The position numbers and the translations under genes are program-made. A DNA stretch of 64,000 nucleotides from Eledone cirrhosa (Eukaryota). Under the pieces are notes generated by a model. The model was not told the origin of the DNA, ran no database searches, and saw only the letters and a list, made by a program, of their open reading frames with translations. Positions within the stretch are counted from its first letter, which is position 1. The number at the start of each line of letters is the position of its first letter. The stretch lies in assembly GCA_964016885.1 (NCBI GenBank), contig OZ024742.1, forward strand, positions 326,678,001-326,742,000. The letters run 5' to 3'. This document shows, piece by piece, positions 1-11,810 of this stretch.

Positions 1-512
1 TTGTTTTTGATTTTTGTTGATGTTTTTTAATGTATTTACTTTTATCAGTCTGCAGAAACAATTTTATAGAAAGTGTAAAATTCGCATTTTCTTTTTATTA
101 TTTTTTTTTTAGATTCTGATTGTGGTAAATATACTTTGTTTATGACTACGTCTAATGATGTGTTCCTAATGTCATCATAAATTGATTATAATATTTTTAG
201 ACTCGAATAGTCCTAAGTCCTGAATGAAAATAATATCTCCTCATATAATAATGTCCTAATGTGTTAATGTCTGTAATTTTCTTCCTAACATATAATTCTG
301 TTATGAGGTATGAGACAATCCTTCTTTTGTATATTAACTATTCCTATATTATTTGTCATCACATATAGAATTGATGTAGCCTGTATTGTTCGTTTAATCT
401 TCAATATCTGTCGATTAATCTTATTCTTTTGTTCCAGTGTATTAATTTAAACACTAATTATGTATTCATACCCACCACCATTTTCAGGGGCGGGGGGGGG
501 GGGTATCTCCCT

Positions 513-680
513 CTAGGCAGCGAATTTGTAGAGTCATTAGAACGTCAGATAGAATGCTTTGTGGCATTCGTTTCGGATCTCTACGCTCTTGGTTTAAATC
601 CCGCCGAGTTCAACTTTACTCTTCATCCTTTCGAGGTCGATAAAATACTAATAGTTGGGTACTAGAATCGAGATTTCCTC
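513..680 (+). mobile_element. tRNA-derived SINE family A (diverged copy)
   Basis: Degenerate gttcaaatcc B-box followed by the family core caactttgcctttcatcc..gtcgataaaata seen in many copies in this window. Confidence 0.7.
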
Positions 681-687
681 TACATCG

Positions 688-721
<34 letters not shown>

Positions 722-726
722 CTCTA

Positions 727-982
<256 letters not shown>

Positions 983-1344
983 TATATATATATATATATG
1001 GAAAAAATCGGTGGTATTGAGGTATAGAGAGAGATAGACTCCACCACTTTTAAAATACCCAGGTTATGCTGTATGCAACCATGGCGCTCTTAGAACTCCA
1101 CCTGGAGTTCATGGCTTATCTCCCTCTATTATGATAATCAATCATATTTCTCATGCTAAATACTAGATTATTCATCATACTTTGTCTTGAAATATCCATT
1201 TATAATTGTTAGTTGATTTTCAATACATGACACATTACTCTAAAGTTCATATGCTTCCGTGTGCCTCTGCTTTCTTGGTGGAGATACATCGTTATTCTCC
1301 CTCTCCCAGAGATATATATGTTATGTATTGTTATCAATACCATA

Positions 1345-1560
1345 GTGAAGGCGCCTGGCTTAGTATTTAAGGTGTTAGGCTCACTATCATAATGTCATTG
1401 ATTCGATTCCCAGACCGGGTGGCAAGTTGTGCACTTGAGTAAGGCATTTTATTTGACATTCCTCTAGTCTATTCACTCCACCTGCGATGGGCTGGCGCCT
1501 TGTCCAGTGAGAAGTTTCGTACTTCCAATCGTTTAACGTCACATGGAACCAGGATATACT
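1345..1560 (+). mobile_element. tRNA-derived SINE family B (diverged)
   Basis: A-box tggcttagt, B-box gattcgattcc, then a cttgagtaaggcattttattt core shared with 38377, 43800, 48660 and 54468. Confidence 0.65.
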
Positions 1561-1564
1561 TCGG

Positions 1565-1700
1565 TTTATTTTATCGACCCTTGATGGACAAAAGCTGAAG
1601 TTGATATTGGTGGAATTTGAACTCAGAACGAAAAGAGGCGGAATAATTTCCGCAAAGCATTTTTGCCGACTCTAATGATTCAGCTAGTACACCACCCAGG
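1565..1700 (-). mobile_element. SINE family A fragment
   Basis: ttttatcgacccc...ggaatttgaactcagaacg matches the reverse strand of family A. Confidence 0.65.
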
Positions 1701-1717
1701 AAGAACACTATCTGATT

Positions 1718-1992
1718 CAGGCATGGGCAACCTTTTTTGAGAAGCGGGCTGCATGAGATATGGCTCATCATTAGGCGGGCCGCCAGCGCTAATTTACATT
1801 CGTGCCCACATTTAAAAAAGGGCGGTAACTCAGGTTGTTTTGATTTGTACACGCTGTTTCCCTCGATCGTAAAAATGATAGAAAGATAAATTACCACTGA
1901 AAAGTTTGGGTAAAAAAATCAGAAAGATTCCACTAAGCCGACTTAGGCGAGCCATTCAGAAAGCTTCGCGGGCCGCGGGTTGCCCATGACTG
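1718..1992. mobile_element. hAT-type MITE
   Basis: TIRs CAGGCATGGGCAAC / GTTGCCCATGACTG, with imperfect 8-bp flanks atctgatt / gtctactt. Confidence 0.75.
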
Positions 1993-2216
1993 GTCTACTT
2001 CTTTCTTTTAAAAGTATAAATAAACATTGCCATTTTCTTATAGCAATGTACTTTTGCTTTCTCTCACTCTCTCTCCCCTTTCTCTCTCTCCCCTCTCTAG
2101 CTCTCTCTCTCTCTCTCTTTTTTTTCTCCCTCGCCTCACTCTTGCCTCTCTGTCTCCCTCTCTGTCTCCCTCTCAGCCTCTCTGTCTGTCTCTCTATCTA
2201 TCTTATCCCCTCTCTT

Positions 2217-2295
<79 letters not shown>

Positions 2296-2307
2296 GTCTG
2301 TGTCTCT

Positions 2308-2344
<37 letters not shown>

Positions 2345-2963
2345 TGAATGCTTTGAATAACTTCGATCTCATATTGAAAGCTTTCTACTAATTTTCGAAT
2401 TCCTTTACTTATTATTTATATTACTTAAAAGTGGATCTCACTTTGTTCTGTTGTTTGGTTTTCTTATTTGTTTATTATGTCTGTTTTCCTTCTAAGAAGA
2501 GAAGTGTTTTCTGTTTCTACGGTTTTTGCGATATTTATATAACGTTTTCTATGAATGGATATATTTTTACAAACTTTTTCTAAAGGTGTGGCCTGATCTA
2601 ATGATGTATTTTAACCGTACACACAAACATACAAACATACATACATACATACAAACATACATACATACATACATATTTATACATACATACATACATACAT
2701 ACATACATACATACATACACACATACTTACATAAATACATATTCATACATACATACATATTCATACATACATATTTATACATACATCCACACACATACAT
2801 ACATACACATACATATATACATACATACATACACACACACAGACACACATACATACATACATATATATTTATACATACATACATACACACACACACACGT
2901 ACGTACATACATACATACATACATACATACATACATACATACATACATACATACAGACATACA

Positions 2964-3572
2964 TGGTGGCTGCCAACTCGTTTTCGAGTACGGCCACTAC
3001 TTTATATCCATGTAGGAGAACCCCTACCGATGCGCTGAACGAATGTGACTTTTTAGTCCAGCCAGCGACTTGAAAACTCTGGTACAAACACTACACTTTT
3101 GACAATTATTGACACATAGTGCTGGGCCCATGGTACCATCTGACGACAAGTGCAGAGAGATCTCCAGATATAAAGCAATGCCTGTGCCGTGAAGCTTTTA
3201 TAGTGAGCAAAGGCACTGCACAAAGCCAGTCCCACTCTCTTAAACAAGATGATATGTACCAAAAAGAAGAACAAGTCAACATCATTGGATACCATCAGAG
3301 TTGCAGGTGTTATATCAGAGTTTTCCTTCTCCTAGAATTCTGCCTTGACAAAGGCTAAGGGGTCATCTCTCCCGGTGATTTTGGATGGCCATTGACTCTT
3401 AAGAGTTCCTTTGCCCTTTGACAGGTTTTGTTTTTAGTCCTGCAGGATGTCCAAAGTCACCCTCCTCACCAAGAAACCTTGGTGGGGTTGCCAGTTTAGT
3501 CGCCAACGACCCGACCATGAGACAGGTTGTACTGGGATACATGTTACCAGTAGCACCAACTGGTGACCTGAC
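2964..3572 (-). mobile_element. Non-autonomous RTE-derived element (~610 bp) in (CATA)n
   Basis: Near-identical reverse complement of 9937-10545, flanked on both sides by (TACA)n. Confidence 0.85.
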
Positions 3573-4059
3573 ATACATACATACATACATACATACATAC
3601 ATACATACATACATACATACATACATACATACATACATACATAGTTTCTGTAGAAAGTAGTGTAATAGTTAGGTAAAACAATCAAATTCAACTTACTTAT
3701 TATGTATTTATCTTCTCTGGGGTATGCGACTCAATCTTTTATCATTTCGAGGACTAGAATCAAGTGTTTCTCTCTCTTTTTTGGTCTATGGAAGAAATCT
3801 GCCGAATCCGACCTGGAGAAGAGTGGGCTCTGTCAGGTTTTAAACGTTCATGACATGCTATGTTTTGGGATGGTGCCCCAACGGCCTCACCATGAGTTAA
3901 GGGTCTTTTACTCTACTTTCTTATATCTATACTGTATTTGGCGAGAGAGGAGTTATTATTTTTTTTAAGAATAATATAGTCAAAATTGTTAGTTATGGTA
4001 GTACAAAATATATTGTATACTGAACATAGGCTTGGTTCGGTTGTGAAGTTCGCTTCATA

Positions 4060-4260
4060 ATAATTGTTTCTACTTTTTAGCACAAAGCCAGCAAATAACA
4101 CAGTGTATTACTGGTACTTTATTTTATCGACCCCGTAAGGATGAAAGGCAAAGTTAACCTCGGCGGGATTTGAACTCAGATTAGAAAGGGCCGTAACTCT
4201 ATGCTGCAAAGCATGGCTTTCGACCCTCTACCGATACTACCAATCCACTGCCCTTCGCTT
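4060..4260 (-). mobile_element. SINE family A
   Basis: Near-complete match to 11588-11790 on the opposite strand. Confidence 0.85.
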
Positions 4261-4581
4261 CATAATAATGATGTTCCAGATTCGATCCCAATATGTGAGG
4301 TCTTATGCAAGTGTATTTCCTATATCCTGGTATAGATCCAAATCTCGTGAGAGAAATTTTGGTTGGCAAAATTTTTATGGAAGCTCATCAGATAGACTGT
4401 ACGCGTAATTGAAAAGTCCAAGCTCATTGCAGATTGTGTCAAGTTGCATCCGCCTTAGAATTACATTAAAAGATGTCTGTGGAATCATCAGCCATTTACA
4501 CGAAAATTCGGACGTTCATTTGATCCAAAAATAAAATGAACATCTTTGAAACCGACAGAGAATCTATTATCATATTGTATT

Positions 4582-4612
<31 letters not shown>

Positions 4613-4675
4613 ATAAATATATATATATATTTATTTATTTATATATACTTATATATATTTATATATACTTATATA

Positions 4676-4756
<81 letters not shown>

Positions 4757-4773
4757 TTATATATTTATATATA

Positions 4774-4844
<71 letters not shown>

Positions 4845-4941
4845 AGGTTATGAGTACTCTGTAACGAGGATAGTTTTAACGTTCGGCGTTGTTTGACTCA
4901 ACAAGAAGTTTCCTTAGTCGGGTGGCCGGTTTAACAAAGTT

Positions 4942-4993
<52 letters not shown>

Positions 4994-5054
4994 TTGGAGC
5001 TCTGAAATAGCGATATATATATGGATGTATATATATATGGATGTATATGTAGTT

Positions 5055-5097
5055 GGCCTTGATAAGCTTCAACAAAGCGAAACATGTCATGTCGGCT
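5055..5097 (+). ncRNA. Type I minimal hammerhead ribozyme motif with U3-A8 core
   Basis: ggcc TTGATAA GCTT-caaca-AAGC GAAAC AT-gtc-AT GTC ggct. Stems I, II and III all pair, the triplet is GUC, and the element lies between (TA)n tracts. Confidence 0.7.
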
Positions 5098-5222
5098 TAT
5101 CTCCTCCTGTTTGCTGAGATCAAAGTGAGTGAATTTGTCACTACTTTAAATCAATAGCTTACGGTCTTCAAAATGCTTTTAATTAAGCATAAAGTGTATT
5201 GCAAAATACATTATATATACAT

Positions 5223-5335
<113 letters not shown>

Positions 5336-6329
5336 CTCGCTAACCTTGCTTCTTACATACATGTATTGACAATTTATTACTGTAGTCTTTTCTGTGATAA
5401 TGAAATACTTATATTGGTTAAAGTTTAATAAAGCCTTAAAATAACTAAATATATTATTTACTTTTAATTTCTTTTAACCTTCTTATTTGTTGCTATTACT
5501 TATCTTAATACATTGTAGCGAATTTGTTATGCTATTTGCACGGGGCGGGTGATAGTATTTGTTGTCAATCAGCTATTTACCTGATGTTTATTTTGTAATC
5601 ACTTATACATACAATGCTGATTTTCACACTATGAAAATGAAAGTATTCCCATCCCGTCTGAAGATTTATGCAGTATATGCAATCAATATTTACATAATAT
5701 ACTTTTATTTAAAAATCGCAAGAATGTTCTTTATTTATCTATATTTTACGGACATTTTTGCTGAAAATGTATTCTCTTGTAAATTAAATAAGATACATAT
5801 CTATTTTATTTAATTGCGTTTCAACTATAATGTATATTCGTCTAATATTCGTTGATAGCTGTTTCAACATGGTAATACTTCTTCAGTACAAACTAATTAT
5901 TAAAATGTTGATCTTCATTTTTTATTCAAAATTTGTAAAAAGAACCGAAAATTAATTATAAAAAAGGTTTAAATATTTGATAAAAAATAGTGTAGTTTAA
6001 AGATAATTTCAGACCAACTAAAAACGGAAGTAAATTTAAACTGGCATACATATTTCTAGATTCTTCAAAAAGATTTAAATATACCCTCCTTTGGTAACAT
6101 TAGTTCACAAGCCATTTTTCTGAAATGCTGAGTTCTGCAGAGTTCTAGTCATTCTGTAAGCGATGTAAAAATGCTTCTTGTTCCAATGTATTGTATTGTA
6201 TTTCAATGTTTCGTTCTTTGTTGTCATCGATAATATACATTATATGTTAGACATATAGCAAGACAATATAATAAATCCAATTGCAACACTTGGAACCATT
6301 ACGCCAAATCTTTTAAACCAATAGACCTA

Positions 6330-6445
6330 TCATCATCATCATCATCATTAATTTTATTATCATTATATATTTTATTAATATTATCATTACCATCATCATC
6401 CTCAAAATCATCATCAGCATCAACATCATCAGCATCAAGATCATT

Positions 6446-6486
<41 letters not shown>

Positions 6487-6740
6487 TAATTTTATTATCA
6501 TTATATATTTTATTAATATTATTAGTGCCATCATCATCATCATCATCACATCATCATCACATCATCAACTTCATCATCATCAACATCATCATCATCATCA
6601 TTATCATCATCGTCATCATTAATTTTATTATCATTATATATTTTATTAATATTATTATTGCCATTATAATCATCATCATCATCATCAACTTCATCATCCT
6701 CAAAATCATCATCATCAACATCATCATCGTCGTCATCATT
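6330..6740. repeat. (CAT/TAT)n compound microsatellite with internal duplications
   Basis: Directly visible. The block attaattttattatcattatatattttattaatatt occurs three times. Confidence 0.95.
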
Positions 6741-6938
6741 GCCAATATTGTTTCGGATTTACGTTGTCGAAAATATTTTTTTCTTGCAACGTTATGTAAC
6801 GTTATGAAACATCATAAATTCATTATTGTTGCTACTGTTGCTATTGCTGTTGTAGTTGTTATTGTTTTATCCACTTTTATATCGTATAATTTTGTATATG
6901 TTATTATCAGTTATTTATCTATTTGATGTCTGTTTCAG

Positions 6939-7188
6939 TTGCTATCGATATTCCGTACCCAAAAGCTTCCAGGTTTACTTGGTGTTCAAATTGTTCACAT
7001 CGTATGGAAAGCTAGCTCTGTTGAAGTAAACTTTATAGCTTCTGTAGAGAAATCTCGCGCACCCGGCTTCAACGATATGGAAAAACTATATAAAGATGGT
7101 CTAATTGGCACTCTAAACAATGGAACCTATAAATACATAAGGTGGGACCAACTTGAAGGAGCAGATAGCAAAAACAGCAAATTATCAG
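6939..7188 (+). CDS. Host gene exon A: C-terminal part of a SEA-like domain (SEA-EGF cell-surface/mucin-like protein)
   Basis: Acceptor ctgtttcag| at 6938 and donor |gtagaa at 7189. Open 250 nt exon, phase 0 to 1: LLSIFRTQKLPGLLGVQIVHIVWKASSVEVNF...KLS(G). The SSVEVNF segment resembles the SEA GSVVVxF motif, and the phase joins exon B. Confidence 0.6.
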
Positions 7189-7285
7189 GTAGAATTTAAT
7201 ATTTAATTTAAAGGTGTATGTATGTATGTGTGTATGTATGTATGTATGTATGTATGTATGCATGTTTGATGTGTGTATGTATGCA

Positions 7286-7620
7286 TGCGCAGTGACATAG
7301 AAATAGTCGGACTGGATACCCGATCGCGCGGTTAAACCACTGGGAGTGAAGGGCATTCTTCTAAGAGAAGGCAACTCTGGAAACTGGGATAACTCCGACA
7401 TAAAATTTGCGGCTCAATAGTTAGCGATGATGTTGATCTTTTCTTCTTTTCGGGTTATAGCTACTGTCGCTCAGAGAGTGGGATTGGCTCAGTGCACAGT
7501 CTTTCCTCACTTTAAAAAATTCTTCACACACAGGCATTGCACGATAGAATTAATTAATAGTTATTAATAATGGTATATCGTGCAATGGCCATACTCGATA
7601 ACGAGGGGGCAGCCATCATG
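7286..7620 (+). mobile_element. Second RTE-related non-autonomous element (SINE-like) in (TATG)n
   Basis: Carries gagaaggcaactctg, similar to the 5' part of the 610 bp element. Ends in tatcgtgcaatggccatactcgataacgagggggcagccatcat, the 3' tail of the adjacent RTE LINE. Reverse copy at 28625-28880. Confidence 0.7.
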
Positions 7621-8097
7621 TATGTATGAATGTATGTTTCTCTTTCTCTTAATTTCGAGTACATTTCTGACCGGCTACCTTCCTGGTGGCAAGGTTGTAA
7701 AAGAAAAGAAGCTGCCATCCCTTCAATCGCAAGAATGTTTTGTAAATTTTGAAGGCGCCAGATATCGCAGCCATTTGTAGTCTATGATGTAGTGTATGTA
7801 TGTATGGTTGTATATATGTATGTATGTATTTACGTATGTATGTATGTATGTATGTTTGCGCGTGGGCATTTGTATCTAAGTACTCGTAAGTAGATGTGTG
7901 TGAGAGAGAGAATATGCACATGTGTATGTGAGAGTGAAAAGTAATATGTGTATGTGTGTGTGCGCGCGCTTTTGTTTTTAGTCAACCATGATCAAGCAGA
8001 CATGTGTATGTATGTTTGTATGTATGTATGTATGTATGTATGTATGTATGTATGTATGTATGTATGAATGTATATATGTGTGTATGTATGTATGAAT

Positions 8098-9593
8098 GTA
8101 TGGAAGGTTCTCCAGAAACTTGGTTGCCCTGATAAGTTCCTTGCTTTAGTTAGGTCTTTCCAGGACGACATGAAGGCTTGGGTTAATGTCGGAGGTAACA
8201 TGTCGGAGCCTATCTCAGTAAAAAATGGAATGAAACAGGGGGATATTCCAGCACCGACCCTGTTTGCCATATACTTTGCAATGGTTTTCTATATTGCATT
8301 CAGGAATTGCTAGCATGGTGTTTACATCCGATATCGAACCTCAGGCAGCATATTTAACATCAGGCGCTTTGCTGCAAAAGCAAAAGTATTTGCATCAATC
8401 ATAAGAGATCTCTTGTATGCAGATGATTGCGATCTTGTAGAGAGTGATATGCACCACATTTTGAATGCATTTTCGGATACTTGCACTGCCCTAGGATTGA
8501 CTGTCGGTCTCAAGAAAACTGTCGCCATGTATCAACCTGCCTCTGGTAAGCAGTACAGTGAACCAAATATCTATGTGTATAGTAAACGACTTGGAGTGGT
8601 TGATCAGTTTGTCTACCTGGGAAGCACTGCCAATCGATACAGCAACCTTGATAATGTAATCCCACTCAGGATTAGGAAAGCAAGTGATGCTTTCGGAAAG
8701 CTAGAAAGGCGACTCTGGGGTCGGCGAGACATATGCAAGAAGACAAAGGTAAAGGTGTACAAGGCATGTGTGCTCTCTTCTCTTCTTTATGCATGCGAGA
8801 CCTGGGTCACATATCGACACCACCTTAAGAAATTGGAGCGTTTCCATCAGATGTGTCTCAGACGGATCCATGGCGTTCACTGGAGGGACCACATCAGTGA
8901 TGTCGAGATTTTGGAAAGCTCTCTGTGTGACAGTATAGAAGCTCTTGTGCTTAAGCAACGACTCCGTTGGAGTGGTCACCTTGCCAGGATGAAGGATTCT
9001 AGAATACTAAAACAACTCTTTTATGGAGAGTTAGTTAAAGGAAAACGACCTCCACATAAACCAAAAAAGAGGTATAAGGATTCCTTGAAAGCCTCTTTGA
9101 AAGACGCTAACATCTCTGCTGATACATGGGAAATGTTGCTGTTACTCGTAATAAATGGAGAAAGACTGTATATGAGGAGAAAGTTGCCTTTGAGGCATCT
9201 CGAATCGAATACGAGAAAGTAAAGCGGGATGTGAGGAAGGGCATTGCTGTTGCACTTCCAGACGGCGAGGGTCCTCCTATGGTGCTGACATGCAGCGTCT
9301 GTGCGAGAATCTGCCTAAGCAAAGCTGGACTCGAAAGTCATCTTCGCAGTCATAAAGTGAGACCAGTGGTTGACTACCAGGCTGCTGTTGGAGATGCTAC
9401 TCATCATGCTTGCCAAACATGTGGTAGAGAATGTAAATCAGCAGGAGGGCTCAAGCGTCATGCAAAAGTACACGAACTCCAACCACAGCCGACTGTTCCC
9501 AGTGAATGTTTTGGTTGCCAACTCTGTGCAAAACATTTTAGATCATTGGCTGGGCTAAAAAGCCAAATTCGATCGCAGCGCTGTTAATTGCTA

Positions 9594-9635
<42 letters not shown>

Positions 9636-9645
9636 GTGTGTATGT

Positions 9646-9719
<74 letters not shown>

Positions 9720-9880
9720 GTTTATGTGTGTGCGTGTGTATATATATATATGTAAATTATTATTGTTGTTGTTGTCGTTATTATTATCGTTCTTCTTCTT
9801 ATTATTATTATTATTGTTATTATTATGGGTTTTTTCTCGTGCAATGGCCATATTCGATAACGAGGGGGCAGCCATCATAT
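8098..9880 (+). mobile_element. 5'-truncated RTE-clade LINE (RT + three C2H2-type zinc fingers), decayed
   Basis: NGMKQGD..APTLF, LYADD, LLYACETW and RLRWSGHLARM motifs, with stops and frameshifts. C-terminal CSVC..HLRSH, CQTC..HAKVH and CQLC.. fingers. The 3' tail is split by a (TG)n/(TTA)n tract at 9599-9835. Confidence 0.92.
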
Positions 9881-9936
9881 GAATGTATGTATGTATGTAT
9901 GAATGTATGTATGTATGTATGAATGTATACATGTAT

Positions 9937-10545
9937 GTCAGGTCACCAGTTGGTGCTACTGGTAACATGTATCCCAGTACAACCTGTCTCATGGTCGGGT
10001 CGTTGGCGACTAAACTGGCAACCCCACCAAGGTTTCTTGGTGAGGAGGGTGACTTTGGACATCCTGCAGGACTAAAAACAAAACCTGTCAAAGGGCAAAG
10101 GAGCTCTTAAGAGTCAATGGCCATCCAAAATCACCGGGAGAGATGACCCCTTAGCCTTTGTCAAGGCAGAATTCTAGGAGAAGGAAAACTCTGATATAAC
10201 ACCTGCAACTCTGATGGTATCCAATGATGGTGATTTGTTCTTCTTTTTGGTAAATATCATCTTGGTTAAGAGAGTGGGACTGGCTTTGTGCAGTGCCTTT
10301 GCTCACTATAAAAGCTTCACGGCACAGGCATTTTTTTATATCTGGAGATCTCTCTGCACTTGTCATCACATGGTATCATGGGCCCAGCACTATGTGTCAA
10401 TATTTGTCACAAGTGTAGTGTTTGTACCAGAGTTTTCAAGTCGCTGTCTGGACTAAAAAGTCACACTCGTTCAGCGCATCGGTAGGAGTTCTCCTACATG
10501 GATATAAAGTAGTGCCCGTACTCGAAAACGAGTTGGCAGCCACCA
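9937..10545 (+). mobile_element. Non-autonomous RTE-derived element (~610 bp)
   Basis: 5' UTR-like head fused to a zinc-finger-encoding 3' end (HKCSVCTRVFKSLSGLKSHTRSAHR*) resembling the last finger of the 8098 LINE. Ends cgagttggcagccacca-(TATG)n. Confidence 0.85.
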
Positions 10546-10839
10546 TACATGTATGTATGTATGCATGTATGTAAACATGTATGTATGCATGTAAATATGT
10601 ATATATGCATGTATGTATGTATGTATGCATGCATGCATGTACGTACGTATGTATGTATGAATGCATGTATGTATGTATGCATTACGTATCTATGTATGCA
10701 TGTATTTAAGTATGTATGCTTGTATTATGTATGCATGTATGTATCTATGTATGCATGTATGTAAGTATGTATGTAAGCATGTATGTATGTATGTATACAT
10801 GTATATATGTATGTATGTATATATGTATGTATGTATGCA

Positions 10840-11400
10840 TTGGTGCTACTGGTAACATGTATTCCAGTACAGCCTGTCCCATGGTCGGGTCGTTGGCGAC
10901 TAAACTGGCAACCCCACCAAGGTTTCTTGGTGAGGAGGGTGACTTTGGACATCCTGCAGGACTAAAAACAAAACCTGTCAAAGGGCAAAGGAGCTCTTAA
11001 GAGTCAATGGCCATCCAAAATCACCGGGAGAGATGACCCCTTAGCCTTTGTCAAGGCAGAATTCTAGGAGAAGGAAAACTCTGATATAACACCTGCAACC
11101 CTGATGGTATCCAATGATGTTGACTTGTTCTTCTTTTTGGTAAATATCATCTTGGTTAAGAGAGTGGGACTGGCTTTGTGCAGTGCCTTTGCTCACTATA
11201 AAAGCTTCACGGCACAGGCATTGCTTTATATCTGGAGATCTCTCTGCACTTGTCGTCACATGGTACCATGGGTCCAGCACTGTGTCAATAATTGTCACAA
11301 GTGTAGTGTTTGTACCAGAGTTTTCAAGTCGTTGGCTGGACTAAAAAGTCACATGGATATAAAGTAGTGGCCGTACTCAAAAACGAGTTGGCAGCCACCA
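10840..11400 (+). mobile_element. Non-autonomous RTE-derived element, tandem copy with a small internal deletion
   Basis: Near-identical to 9950-10545, lacking ~33 nt near the 3' end. Confidence 0.85.
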
Positions 11401-11587
11401 TATATGCATTACGTAACTATGTATGTATGTATCTATGTATGCATGTATGTAAGTATGTATGTATACATGTATATATGTATGTATGTATATATGTATGTAT
11501 GTATGTATATATGAATGTATGCATGTAAGCATGTATGTATGAATACATACATGTATTCTTACATACATGCATACATTCATATATACA

Positions 11588-11790
11588 TAGGGTGGTGGAT
11601 TGGCAGTATCGGTAGAGGGTCGGACGTCATGCTTTGACGCATAGAGTTACGGCCCTTTCCATTCTGAGTTCAAATCCCGTCGAGGTCAACTTTGCCTTTC
11701 ATCCTTACGGGGTCGATAAAATAAAGTACCAGTAATACACTGTGATAATTGCTGGCCTTGTGCCATAAGTAGAAACAATTATCGTTGTTA
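11588..11790 (+). mobile_element. SINE family A (young copy); its ATT/GTT tail is the insertion site of the Tx1 LINE
   Basis: tggcagtatcggtagag A-box-like head, gagttcaaatcc B-box, core gcctttcatccttacggggtcgataaaataaagtaccag (resembles the Meta/MESC SINE domain), tail agaaacaattatcgttgttatt. Confidence 0.85.
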
Positions 11791-11810
11791 TTATTGTTGT
11801 CATTGTTATT

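Noticed and set aside
7655-7780. Short unique segment as a possible exon
   Set aside because: No convincing donor or recognisable domain, and it is embedded in (TATG)n-associated retroelement debris.
10005-10055. Twister ribozyme in the RTE-derivative head (TAA...GGAGGG)
   Set aside because: It lacks the GUCCCAAGCCC-type segment needed for the pseudoknots.
11588-11690. tRNA genes at SINE heads
   Set aside because: A/B boxes are present but there is no complete cloverleaf, and they are always followed by SINE core sequence.
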